A stretch of DNA of 55,894 bases, the filler included, from Basidioascus undulatus (lineage: Eukaryota), in the NCBI GenBank assembly GCA_000826855.1. It is 3 parts of 3 records of this genome, joined end to end, with 100 filler letters (N's around TTAATTAATTAA, not from the genome) between each part and the next. Parts side by side here need not be neighbours in the genome. Positions count along the whole stretch, not along the records: positions 37,349 to 55,894 come from JTLS01000458.1; 2 more parts are not named here. The stretch is one strand, 5' to 3'. The notes beneath the pieces were generated by a model. The model did no database searches. It worked only from the letters and a program-made list of their open reading frames with translations, and had not been told where the DNA came from. Numbering within the stretch: the stretch's first letter is position 1; each line of letters begins with the position of its first letter. Shown piece after piece: positions 40,953-53,585 of the stretch. The translations under genes were made by a program, and so were the position numbers.

Positions 40953-41473
40953 GAGATCTTCAGGCTGAGTTGTTTCTTGCAGTTTGATGAACGTGCGACG
41001 CTGCATTATGTGTCCGTCCGTCGCCAGTCTGCTTCGTTACCCTCTGAAGTGATGCCTCTCAACCATATTACCGTATCACATTACGATCTCCCTTCTAAGT
41101 GTTGGCAGATGCAATTAACCGGATAGAGCAGATAAGCAGGCTCTGCAGCTCCGGAGATCAGGTCACGCAGCGGTCGTGTCGCAGTCCGGCGCTGCTTTTG
41201 CCTAAGTTCGCAACGCAGCAAGTCTAAGCTTATTACCCTTCAATACACAATGCTCTGTATGTATTTATTTTTTCATAAGGATCTTGGTAAACGAGTCACG
41301 AGTCGGTCGATGTGCGGTGGCGGCGACAGCCTGAAAACGGTTTGCTCATCCAAACTACCGACCGCGAACAACCTTCTCAGACCTTCCTCTGTTTCCGCCC
41401 AGACACCCGACCTCTGACCATCATCAACACGCCCAAACCCGTCAATAACCTGTCACTATCACAATCTTGAAAT

Positions 41474-41906
41474 ATGCCCTCCAGGCACCGCGGCTCCCCC
41501 GGCCCCGACCCCAAGGTGCACGCCGACAACATGGCTGCCGCGCAGCGCGTGCAGCAGGAACTCGCGAGCGGTCAGCGCAAGCCGGGGCAGAGCCGGGACC
41601 GCTACCGTGGCTCCAGCCAGGAGGCTGCCCCGCCCCAGACCGAGTCGCAGTTCCCAGGCAAGACCGAGTCTGAGGGCGAGGAAGACGTCGATGAGGTCGA
41701 CTTTACACGCCACCGGGCGGGGATGAAGGCGGCCTTGAAGAACCCGAGGGTCAAGTAAGTGGTGTTTTGGCTCGAAAATTATCTGAGAAGGGGCTGATAA
41801 ACGGAAATGTTGAACGGGTAGGCCGGAGAGGAAGGAGCAACTTCGCTCGCACTTGGACCAGGAGGAGCGCGAGGGCCGCCCGCTCGAGCCGGCGGTCAGG
41901 CCGTGA
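41474..41906 (+). CDS. Small hydrophilic protein with a Con-6 (conidiation protein 6)-like motif (2 exons)
   Basis: HRAGMKAALKNPRVKPERKEQLRSHL resembles the Con-6 pattern GxKAxLxNPxVSxExKExA. Confidence 0.55.
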
Positions 41907-43089
41907 AGATTCACTGAGCGTATCAAACCAGGCAAGAAGGTTAATGTGCTATAAAGTTGCTGTCAAAGTGGGGCTTGAGGTGGAACGACATGAATGAGCT
42001 CTAGCATACGGTGACTTCGGTTAGGGCTTGGCTGGCGCCTGTCCGCTTCAGCAATTGACTGAGACTTGGTTCATGTCAACATGATAGCTTCTATATGCTC
42101 TGAGTTTAGGATGCAGGCAGTAATACGGATGAGTTGTATCGCCGGGTTGATGGGTAGCTGAGAAAAAAGGCACCCCGTACGCCCGTGGCTCATGTGAGAT
42201 TCTGTCGATGTTGAGATCTGAGAAGCCACGCAGGTGATGCATGCCATACAGAAAGCCTTTTCTGGGTGTACACTGCGATTAAAGAGAGTATAAAACTTTC
42301 TTACGGATATCGGAAATCCCCCAGAATAGGCAAGGGCTACTGGGACAGTATTTTGTCTCGGGAGTCGAGAGTCGCACTGTTGGCGCTTGCTCAACGTTTA
42401 GCTGAGACCTAAAGAGGAACTGCGCCTGTTGAGGGATTAGTCTTCACATTTAGTTTTAATATGAGCTAGTGGCACACGACAAAGATCTGAGGTACCAGCT
42501 GGGACGCGTGAATTGACGCGTCTTGGGGTGGAGACGGGCAGGTGATGCTTCTCAAGCATGTCTAGGGTAGAAACAATGGTAGAAGAGCCTCTCGGAACAG
42601 TTGAGAGCGAAGCGGAAAACCAAGGCCGGATTAGCGGGTGAGGTCGAACGACACCTTGCTCCGCGAGGCAACAAATGCAGAGCCGCGAACGCCGCCTCCA
42701 TGTTGGCTTACCTAGTACCGAGACACACGCTTATACATATCGTTACTCCTCCATCCCGGCAAGCTCAAGCTGAACAAATGGAGATCATAAGGTTAGACGC
42801 CAAGCAGCTTTAAGCCGAAAGGGACGTCGTCAGCAGAAACTAGGGGAGGTAAATGCGCTGAAGGACCGGCTCGCTGTACTTTCTTCACGTTGGACTGCGA
42901 TCACAAACAATAAGAACTTGAATCCACCAAAGTATCCAGAGTCCTGGTTCAAACAACCGTTCGCTTGACCAGCCTGGCTCGCCGTAGAGAACAACGTGGA
43001 GTGCAGTCTGAATGGAGGAGAAAGATGGGGAAATGTTTTTGGGGGGATCTTAGATGGAATTGAGAACGGTAAAATAAGGGAAGGGTGTC

Positions 43090-43429
43090 CAAGGGTATCA
43101 ATATTTACAGCAAAAAGCCTTTTTGAGATGTATGTCTGGCTCGGCGCGCAAGTCGCGCTCAAGCCAGGCCTTGACGCGGTCGAGGTACCGGCCGCGCTCG
43201 TTCGAGGCCAGCTGATTGAGGCCAGCTCATTTCAGAGAGAGGAGCCATGAGCGATGATCACCACAGCTGAGAAGGGCAGGTGAAGGACAGGAAAGTAGAC
43301 GTCAGCATGCACAAGAAGTTCGGTGGAAAAGGCATGGACCGAGGCTGAATCGAGGACAGCTTCTCACTCACCAGCAATGAGCGGAAGCGAGGATGGTGCG
43401 GCAGGCGGGGGTGGGGTTGGTGAAGACAT
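43090..43429 (-). pseudogene. Degenerate gene 5' fragment divergent from REV3
   Basis: ATG in good context, canonical intron, then an exon interrupted by TGA (43227-43229) inside an imperfect 14-bp tandem duplication; coding signal fades by about 43100. Confidence 0.35.
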
Positions 43430-44065
43430 GGCCGCGGCGGTAGAGGGGAGAAAGGTGGGAGGGTTTACACAAAGACGGAGGTGAAAGAAAAGAAAAGAAA
43501 GAAGAGGACGACGACTCGTCAAGGTAAAGTGGAAAGTAGAGGTGTCACGGCGACGGCCCGGGTCGTTGCATGTTGCCGGCGAGGCAGTCAAATATTGCAG
43601 TTGATGCCTTTCCGCCGCGAGGCGGTGCAACATGGAAGAGGCCTGAACGCGCCCTTCTGCACTTTCCACACCCAAGACGAAGCTCCAACCAACCCTTTGG
43701 GCCCTTGTGCAAATGTGCATTGACAAAGTGTGGACCAGGATACAAGGACGGGAGGCAGCGAGAGCTAAAAAATTGACAGAGCGGCATGGAATGCTGCTGG
43801 TCGCGCTTGCAACTTCGTCACAGTCACGCAAAGGCCTTCCTACTGGGATTCCGCAAGTATACCAAAGTGTACACTCACCCAAAGGGAAAGAAGGGCCGCT
43901 GGAGCATCGGGCGTCGGCAGTCGCAGCGTCTGCAATTGCTCAGCTTTGGCAGACACCTGTACAATTATGGCTGTCGAGGGATACCTGTTTATTGTGTTTT
44001 GTATGCGTATGTGTTGGTGACAACATGGATCAGAGGATCAGAGGTCAATCAATTGGTATGCGTCG

Positions 44066-44112
44066 ACGCGTCGGCGAGCAAGGGCAAATGAGCAAAATCA
44101 GCCAAGACGCGT
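44066..44112. promoter_or_regulatory. MCB-like ACGCGT elements upstream of REV3
   Basis: ACGCGT at 44066-44071 and 44107-44112. Confidence 0.4.
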
Positions 44113-44584
44113 TCAAGACGCGCTCGCGGAGGCTCCTCCGGCCACTCCTGGCTCTGGCCTTGACCTCTCGACTTCTTGACCTCGACCGTGTCCCCCTCAC
44201 ACAAGCAGCCTCTTCCTCACAGACACCAAGAACTTCTTCGTAAGTCTTGCGGAAAGTATGAAACTCTAGACCATGCGTCGTCTGATGAAGAGGGTGGCCA
44301 GGCATCCCCGTTCCCCGTTCGCGCGGAGTACCGCGAGAAGGAGAGGATCGGGCAATCGGTGTGGAGGGTGAATAGTTCAGAGCCGGTGAGTCGAGTCAGT
44401 CCAGGACTGGGGTGTATTTCCGGTGTGTTTGGAGGAGGTCGGTAGGGCCCTGAGAAGTAAACGTCGCTCGATGAGACCTCCTCTACCGGGAATGATCTCA
44501 CACCTGCACCGGAGGCCGCCTGCAGGCTCCTGCGCTCGATCAATACTGACACTACACCCGTTTCTATCAGGACTCTCCCTCGCT

Positions 44585-47500
44585 ATGGATGACCCCGACC
44601 CGCTCTCGGACGTTCCTCCACAGCCGCTGCTGCGCATCTGCCTGACCGCGGTCGACTTTGTCCTCACGCCGCCGTCGGCGCTGGACGATGCCTCGTCACC
44701 CTTCAACTCGCCGGGCGTGCAGCTACGTAAGGTGCCCGTCGTGCGCATATTCGGCATGACCGGGGGCGGCCAGAAGGCATGCATGCACGTGCACGGCGTG
44801 TGGCCTTACTGCTTCGTCCCGTACACGAAGGACATGGACCCCGAGAAGGGTGCGGGTGGCGCTTTCTCCGACTTCGTCTTCTGTGAACGACCGGAGCTGA
44901 CTTTTGAGGAGCTGGGATGGTACAGTCCGGTCCTACATCCACCGTCTGGGGCTCTCGCTCAACCGGGCGCTGGCGATCTCGCTCAACCGGAACCCGTACG
45001 ACCCGGCGGCGTCGCAGTTCATCAAGGCGATCGTGCTCGTCAAGGGCGTGCCGTTCTACGGCTTTCACGTCGGCAACCGCTTCTTCCTCAAGATCCACCT
45101 CGTCGACCCGCGCAACATGGCCCGCCTCGTTACCATACTCGAGAGCGGCCAGATCATGGACGGCGCGCTCCAGCCGTTCGAAAGCCACATCCCATTCCTC
45201 CTCCAGCTCTTCTGCGACTACAACTTGTACGGCTGCGGATGGGTGGACGTGAAGGATGCGCGGTTCAGAGTCCCTTTGCCAGGTGCGCGTGTGCATGCCT
45301 CTGCCGTCTACTCCCTTATCCTGACCTCTCGCGCTTCCTACAGAGCCTGATCCTTACGACACCCCTCCGCCTAGTCCTACACCTCACTCCACCGCCTCCG
45401 CCTCATACACCCCTTGCACATTCACTACCGCCACCGTCCCGCCCTCGCTGCTCCACCCGCAACACACGCTCATCTCGCGCGACTCGCGCTCCGCGCTCGA
45501 GTTCGACGTCACGGCGCCGTGGATCCTGAACCGTCTCCAGATCTCCGAACGGCCGCTGCACCACGCGTTCATCGAGCGGTTGAGCCCGATCGGGGCCGAG
45601 GAGAAGCTAGTGCACGCGCTGCGCGAGATCTGGGAGGACGAGGCGCGGCGGCGCGTGAACCGCGGCGAGCCGCCGACGATCCACCTCGCCGAGTCCGTCG
45701 CCGGCGGGCGTGCGAAGGAGGCGCCCGTGTGGGACAACGCCGCGCGCCTCTGGGCAGTCATCGAGGAGCGCATCAAGGTCGACCGCGTAAAGCGGAACGG
45801 GATCTCGCTCAACTTCGACACGTACCCGCGCAAGAAGCCGTTCGAGGACTTCGTCCTCACCGCGTTCCAGGCGATCGAGGCGCTCTACCCACCTGAAGAA
45901 CGCGTCACGTCCCGCCGTCGCCCCGGCGCGCCTGCGACCCCGGCCGCCGCCGCCACCGCGTCGAACGTTCCGGATGAGGACGCGTACGAGAACCCGTACG
46001 AGGCCATCTCCTCGTCGCAGCCCGGGCCGGAGGTCGAGCCAGCACTGAGCCAGGGCGCGGACGCGTTCCTCCAGACCCAGGCGTTCCGCGACCAGCTGAA
46101 CGCCGTACGAACCCGCCAGCGCGCATGGGAGCGCATCCCGGCGGAGGACGACGAGGAGGCGCTCGAGGCCGCCGGCGGGCTCGGCGCCGTGGAGGGTGCG
46201 CTGGAGGAGGCGGTGGACGAGGAGGGCGAGGGAGAGATCGGCCTTCGAGGGGGTGCGTTGCCAGAGGAGGACGAGAAGGCTCTTGACGTCTTCATGGCTA
46301 GTCAGCGCGCGAAGGCCAGCCAGGACGGAGCCGAAGCGTGGGAGGCGGATAGCGAGATCAGCGGGGCGCCGGGAAGCCCTCGCAGTCCACTCAAGTACGT
46401 GGTGCACCCTCGCTAACGCTTGTGCTCGTTGCAGACTTTATTCATTGCAGATCGCCCATCAAGCGTCCGATTTCAGCCTGGATGCCTTCGAGTGCCGAAT
46501 GGTGAGTTGCATGCGATCCTATCACATGCCACATGCGCACCTAACTCCTCGCTTTTCACAGCGCTGCCGGGCCATCCTCTTCCCCACTGAGTCAGCTCGT
46601 CGTCCCCTCCGCCTTCCGCTCCCCTCCTTCGCGCCATCGCCGCGGGCACAACGCCTTTGCGGTCCCCAGTCCAGGCACGCCCTCCCGTCGCGGCAGCGCA
46701 TTCGCGCACTCGCCCGCGCACGCCAGTCCCCTCCGCCAGCGCACGAGCCGTGTCGATATCAACGTCGAGCAAGAGCGGCCCGAGCCGCCCTCGCCGCTTC
46801 CCGCAAACCGCAAGCGCGGGCCAGACGGGCGGCCGAAGCTCGCTTCGCCCCCTCCGTCGTCGCCGGTCAAGAAGGAGCCCAGCCCGACGGAGCCGGAGGC
46901 CACCGCCGCGCTTCAACCGACCGCGCTCGAGCTCGAGCCGACGGTCCCGGATGAGGGGATGGACCCGTCGCCGACCGATCCGAACCTCGAGCCGACGCTG
47001 CTCGATCTTCCCGTGCCCACGGAGGCGGAGCCGCCGCTGGTGGAGCGGCAGGCGCTGTCGAAGGACCGGAGCTTGGGGAATCTGCGGGAGAGGAAGAGAA
47101 GGAAGACGGCGAGGTTCGCGGACGACGAGGTCGAGATCATCCCCAGCCCGCCTGCGGCTGTATGGGCGTCGGATCCAGGCGCGTCGCAAACGCAGCCGCA
47201 GATGAACGGGAGCGCCGACAGTTCTGCGGTCTCCAGCGGGGCGAGCGAGACTCATTCACCAAGTGGGTGCGCATCAATTCTTGAATACTCGCGGCGTACT
47301 GATATGTGCCTTTGTGACAGTTCCCTCAGCGTTGACGCAGCCCATGCCCGCGCTTCCCCCTGCCGCCGCGACGCAGTCCACCACCTCGGCGTCTCAACCT
47401 CCTCACATTCCATCTCAGCCCCTCTCGACTCGCGCATACACATACCATCTCGCACCACCCTCGACGCGCGACCTCGTCTCGACGCTCTTCGAGCTCGGCC

Positions 47501-50500
47501 TTCCCTCGAAAGTCTACCGCGAGCCGTACTTTTCCGACCCGGTCGACGTGCCCGAGCGCCCGCGCGAGTACGCCGGTAGGGTATTCACCCTCCACGGCGA
47601 CGGGCTTGATACGCTGCGGGAGTGGCCGAGTGCGGCGACGACGCCCAGCGAAGGGACAGAGAAGGGTAAGGGCAAGGCGGTCGCCAAGCCGAAGCTCGGG
47701 ATACGCGCGTGGGAGTACGCGCCCGCGCCGCTGAGCAAGAGGAAGGCGTTGAAGTGGCTGAAAGAGCACGGGAGGATGGAACGTATGTCGCATGCGTATG
47801 GATACGACTTTCCCAACGACACGCTGATGCCTTACTCACCGAAGGTGGGCAATCGGCGCGCGGCAAGCTTGCGATGGCGTCTCAGGTGGGCACGTCGCGT
47901 CCAGGCCCGAATACATCTGACTGAGAGCCATCCACGCAGTTCGAGGGACCGACGCAGGCCCGCAACTTCGGCTATAAGGCCGCGTCGCAGAAGAAGCCGA
48001 AGCCAAAATACGCCAGCTACGAGAAGCAGAACATGTCACTGCTGGCGATCGAGGTCTTCTGTTCGTCCACCTGCCTTGCTTCGCTCTTCGGCCGCAGCTG
48101 AAATCTAGACCTTCTCCTAGGCAACACGCGCGGTCACCTCGTGGCGGACCCGAAAGAGGACAAGATCTCGGCGCTCTTCTACTGCTTCCAGAACGAGGAC
48201 GACGAGCTGCCGGACGTGGGTGGCCGCGAAGGCTACTACTGCGGCATGATCCTCGTCAGCACGCCGCAGGTCGAGCCCCGCCGCATCGCGATGGCGGATC
48301 GCTATCCGGTGGAGTACGTCGAAAGCGAGCTCGAGCTGCTCAATACGCTCATTGACCGCGTGCGCGAGTGGGATCCGGACGTCCTCGCGGGCTGGGACTG
48401 CCAGTATGGCTCGTGGGGATACGTCCAGGACCGGGGTCGAGACTATGGCGGTTAGTAACTCTACCACGCTGGCTTTTCCAAGTTTGGCTGATGAGGTAGA
48501 GGCGAATGTAAGATATGAGCGTCAGCGAGGAGATCTCGCGCGTACGCGTCGCGACGAGTCGCCCCGCCGGCTCGGACCGCTGGAATCAGACCAAGACGAC
48601 GACCTTCCTTTGCGCCGGACGTCACGTCCTCAACGTCTGGCGCATCATGCGTTCCGAGCTGTCGCTCACGCATAACTCCTTCGAGCACGTTGCGCAGCAT
48701 GTCCTCAAGCAGCGGTGCGTCTCATCTAGCATCTCCACCGACGCGAGCCCGGCTGATTGAAGGACCCATAGCGTCCCCCGGTATTCACCCGAGACCCTTA
48801 CGAGCTGGTACAACAGTATCGTGCCCGCGCACACGGCTCGCGTGCTCCAGCACTTCTTGACGCGGGTCACGATAGACGTCGAGCTGCTCGACAACATCGA
48901 GCTTGTCACGAAGACAGCGTGAGTCCACAGGCTTCATGAATATCGACGGGTTCTGACGCTCTACTTTCCATCGTGTTCCAAGCGAGTTCGCTCGTGTCTT
49001 CGGGATCGACTTCAACTCCGTCCTCAGCCGCGGGTCGCAGTTCAAGGTCGAGTCGTTCATGTTCCGCATCGCCAAGCCCGAGAGCTTCATCCTCATCTCG
49101 CCGAGCCGTACGAAGGTGCGTTGGCGGCTTCCCGGGGGTGGTCTGTTTGTTCACATCCTCTGGCAATGGTGACGCTCGTCTTTCTGCGGCGCAACAGGTT
49201 GGACAACAGAACGCGGCGGAGGCCATCCCGCTCATCATGGAGCCGAAGTCCGCGTTCTACAAGGACCCCGTTGTCGTGCTCGACTTCCAATCGCTCTACC
49301 CGTCCATCATGCTGGCCTACAACTACTGCTATTCAACCACGCTCGGTCGCGTCGAGGCGTTCAAGGGCTCGTACAAGCTCGGCGTCGCGGATCATCGGCT
49401 CGACGACGGCGTACTGGAGCTTCTGAAGGATCATATCATTGGTGCGTTCTTATCTCGCGCTCGACGTGGCGTGGCAGCCTAACAGAGCTGAGGTTACAGT
49501 CTCCCCTAACGGCATGATGTACGTCAAGCCCGAGATCCGCAAGAGCTTGCTCAGCAAGATGCTCGGCGAGATCCTCGACACGCGCGTCATGGTTAAACAA
49601 GCTATGAAGGGCGCACGCAACGATCCGGTGCGATATCTCGCCCTCACAAGTCTCGGATGGAAGGACAATTCGGCTGACGGAGCGCCTTGCAGATCCTCTA
49701 CAAGCTCCTGAACGCTCGTCAGCTCGGCCTCAAATTTATCGCCAACGTCACGTACGGCTACACGAGTGCGAGCTTTTCTGGCCGCATGCCTGGCGTCGAG
49801 ATCGCGGACAGCATCGTTCAAACGGGAAGGGAGACGCTCGAGAAGGCGAGTTCCGTGTTGCTTTCGCAGATGCCGCACCGCTGATCGAAACGCTCCAGGC
49901 GATGAACATGATCCACGCGAACGCGGAGTGGGGCGCCGAGGTCGTCTACGGCGACACAGACTCGCTCTTCATCCACCTCCCCGGTCGGACGAAGGACGAG
50001 GCTTTCCGCATCGGTAACGAGATCGCGGACGCCGTCACTGCCGCCAACCCTCGGCCGGTCAAGCTCAAGTTCGAGAAGGTACGCGCTTGCTGCCTCCGCA
50101 CCGGCATTGCATCGTTTTGCGCTGACATGACGCTTCTTTTTCTCTATTCAGGTCTACCTTCCTTGCGTCCTGATGGCCAAGAAGCGCTACGTTGGCGCGG
50201 TGTACGAGCACCCGGACGAGACAGAGCCCTCGTTCCAGGCGAAGGGCATCGAGACCGTCAGGCGCGACGGCGTGCCCGCCCAGTCGAAGCTGCTGGAGAC
50301 GTGCCTCAAGTACGTACTTCACGCCTTTCAGCGACGGCATTGGCTCAAGTATTGCTTGTCAGGATCTTGTTCCGCACGCAGGATCTCTCCGAGGTCAAGG
50401 ACTACTGCCAGCGCCAGTGGAGCAAGCTGCAGCAGGGAAAGGTCTCGATCCAGGACTTCATCTACGCCAAGGAGGTCAAGCTAGGGTCGTACAGCGAGAC

Positions 50501-51313
50501 GTCGGTCCCGCTGCCCGGCGTCATGGTCGCGGCACGCATGATGAACAACGACCCGCGCACCGAGGCGCACTACGGCGAGCGCATCCCGTACGTGCTCCTC
50601 GAGGGCGAGCCGGGCGCCAGGCAGATCGACAAGGCAGTCCCGCCTGAGGTCGCTCTTCAAGATCGGTGTGTCCTCTTCCGCGGCATTGCATGTCTGCACC
50701 TGAAGCTTACTATCGAGCCTGATTCAGCCGTGTCCGCCTGGACGCCACGCACTACATCACGAAAGTCCTCATCCCGCCGCTCGAACGCGTCTTCAACCTG
50801 ATCGGCGCCGACGTGCCGTCGTGGTTCAAATCCATGCCGAAGACGGTCAAGGCCGACACTCATCGCCCGTTCCTGCCGCCCGAGGCTTCCGAAGGCCTCT
50901 ACGGCGCACCTTGCCTCACCATCAACCAGTACTACCGGAGCAACTGCTGCGAAGTCTGCGGTCACAGCTCGTCAACCGGTGCGCCCGACTCCCCACCTTC
51001 GCTGGCAGACCCTCACGCTGAATCCTGTCGTCTTCATACAGTCATTTGCAGCACCTGCTCCGCGTCCGAGAACCTCGCCGACACCGCGTACACGCTCTAC
51101 TCGCGCCTGCACCTCGCCGAGAAGCGCCTGCTCGACAGCCAGCTCATCTGCGCAAGTTGCTCGAGCGTGCCCGCTTGCGAACCGATCCGTTGCGACAACA
51201 TCGACTGCCCGGTCCTGTACGAGCGCACGCGCGCGGCGTGGGAGGCCGAGGACGTGCGCGGCGTGCGGGAGGTCATGAAGCGCCTGGAAGCGGGGCAGTC
51301 CCTCGACTGGTGA
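44585..51313 (+). CDS. REV3: DNA polymerase zeta catalytic subunit (family B), multi-exon
   Basis: VPVVRIFG, HVHGVWPY, VKGVPFYGFH, FESHIPFLLQLFCDYNLYGCG, SRGSQFKVES, VLDFQSLYPSIMLAYNYCYST, ARQLGLKFIANVTYGYTSASFSGRMP, YGDTDS, two C-terminal Cys clusters. Confidence 0.96.
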
Positions 51314-51873
51314 TTCGTCGTTGGAGCGCGTTCTTTTCTCGCTTTCGTTTCGTCTTTGCTGCTGTTTTTATTGAGTCAACTGTTGTTTTCATACGTTGTA
51401 TCACACCCGCACTCGCACTCGCATGGCATAATCACTATTTCGTCGCATCGGCTCGCCGGTTGGCTGCGTGCGCCGGTCCGGAGTGTCACAGTTCTGAGGC
51501 TCTGAAGAGAAGTCCCGTCGACATTGCCCTACCGGCATCGAAACCGAGGCAATGCTTTCATGTAAGCAGCGATCATCATGCAGTACATAATGACATGACC
51601 GAAAGAAAAAGAAAGCGTCGATTGTTTCTATGTCCTCACAGTGAGTGGGTATAATAGAAAAAGGTACAAAAGGAAGATGCGAAATGCGAAGTTGTTGCTT
51701 TTTGCGGCCGCCCCGCCGTGTAGTGTCTGGTTGTCTTCCTTCCTCCTTCCCCTTCCCCAGCGGCCGTGCGTGCTGTATATCGTCTCCCGCCTGTATCCTC
51801 ATCAACCCATCACCCCTCACGCAGCCCATCCCGACGCTCTGCCCGCTCATCGCCCGATGATGGGGTGAGACGA

Positions 51874-53585
51874 TCAGAATAGCGAATTCATGACCTTCAG
51901 GGACGCCTCGACGCCGAGCTGATAATCGCAAACGACCAGCAGCCACGTCAGCATCGTGCGTCTATTGCTTGGGACAGGGTCTCAGTTGGGGAGGGCACGT
52001 ACGAAAGTAGCGGCGTTTGCGCTGTCGACGGACGTCCCAGTCAGCCACGGGAGGGAAAGAGACAGGAAGGAAGACTCTAGGGAGAAACGCACGGGAACGC
52101 GCGGGCCATGGCGGGGCCAAAGCCCTTAAAGAGCGCCTTGAGGCCGTCGGCGCGCACGGTCTTGAGCGTGCAGTCGATGAAGCCCTTGTACGTCCCCTCC
52201 GGTGCAGACTGCAGGCGCGACTTGATGACCTGTTTCCGGGCGACACGATTGCAGGTCAGCTGAGTACCGGAAGGGAAAGGGGCGGGGAGAACGGTGTTGT
52301 ACATCTGGGGGAATGGCAATGGACCACATGGCAACGCTGTATACAGGTCGAAGGGTTAGCTTTCCGCCCATCGTGTGGAGAGCCGCTGATATTGATCGTA
52401 CCCAGCTAGACCACTGGAGAAAGTACCGGATCAAATCAGTCTTTGCGCCGCAGGATGCCTTCGCACTAGTCTTTGAGGGAGAACGCACCCCGCAGTGACG
52501 ACCGCGCCGATATTGAGCTCGTTGGGGTTGGAGCCCTCGGGGGTAAGCATCTTCTTGAACTTCTCGTACGAGACGAAGTACCTGTCCCGGGCCGGTCCCG
52601 CCAATTAGCTTACTACGCCTTTATCATTCCAGTGCTTGGAGAGGATAATGGGCGTACGCAGCGGAACCGGGACCGTCACGCGCGATGGTAGCGAGCGTCC
52701 CGCGGAAGATGGAGCGCATGCCGCCCTCCTTGTACAGTCCGCGAAGGACGTCGAGGGAGCCGTTGTACTTGCCGCCCTCGCCTTGGGTCTGTCACGTCAT
52801 GTCCAAGCCCAGCACTGTCAGCCAATCGGACCCGCCGAAAAAAGACGCGGTGTGCGGAGAAGGGGACGGTGCGCACCTGCAAAACGACCTTGACGCGCTC
52901 GACGGGCGCGGCGACGAGCGTGGTGGGCACTGCGGAGAAGAAGCCCGCGAAAGCGAGCTCGCCGGTCGAGAGCGTCTGGGATGTCCGGTTAGGCGTGTTG
53001 GCGTAGACAATCTTCTTGCCTAGGTCGTACGACTGCCGAGGCGGGCGAAGACGTGTCAGAGAGCTAGGAACCAGCCCGAGGACCTAACGGCTGCATGCGT
53101 ACCCAGAAAGACTGTGCGGTTGGAATGAGATCAGTTCAGCGGCTCCGGTGGGTGGACGAGCAGGAGAGTGGAGTGGACGCACCAGAGCGAAGATGGGCGT
53201 GACACCAGCGAGAGGGGGGAGGACGCCGCGGTACATCCTGCCATCACAGCTCACCCCGCGTCAGCCACGCGCACATACTTTGCTCCGCTGGTCACCAGCA
53301 GCGCCCACGCACCCCTTCGGCCCCTCTGCGGCCAGCGTGCGCTTCACCACGTCCAGCGCGCCCTTGTACACGCCCGGCTCGGCCGTCTGCAGGCGGACCT
53401 TGGTGAGGTCAAATGGGTGACCTTGGTCGCCATCCCGCGTGAGTGTGGTGCTTGCTGAAAGACAAGAGGGGAAACGCACCGACAAGCACCGCCGCGACGC
53501 CTCCAAATCCACCAGAGACGAAAGACTTGATGCTCGAAGCCGTGGCGGCCTTGGTCGACTTGACTTCCTTAGGCTGAGCGGACAT
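51874..53585 (-). CDS. CRC1: Mitochondrial carnitine/acylcarnitine carrier
   Basis: Three PxD/ExxKxxLQ repeats (HPFDLTKVRLQ, APVERVKVVLQ, IPPDVIKSRLQ), GVTPIFALSFW, ARDGPGSAAYF, ARAFPANAATFLGVE. Confidence 0.92.

Noticed and set aside
42504..42521. Pair of ACGCGT hexamers
   Set aside because: Not upstream of an identifiable gene start; the hexamer is common at this GC content
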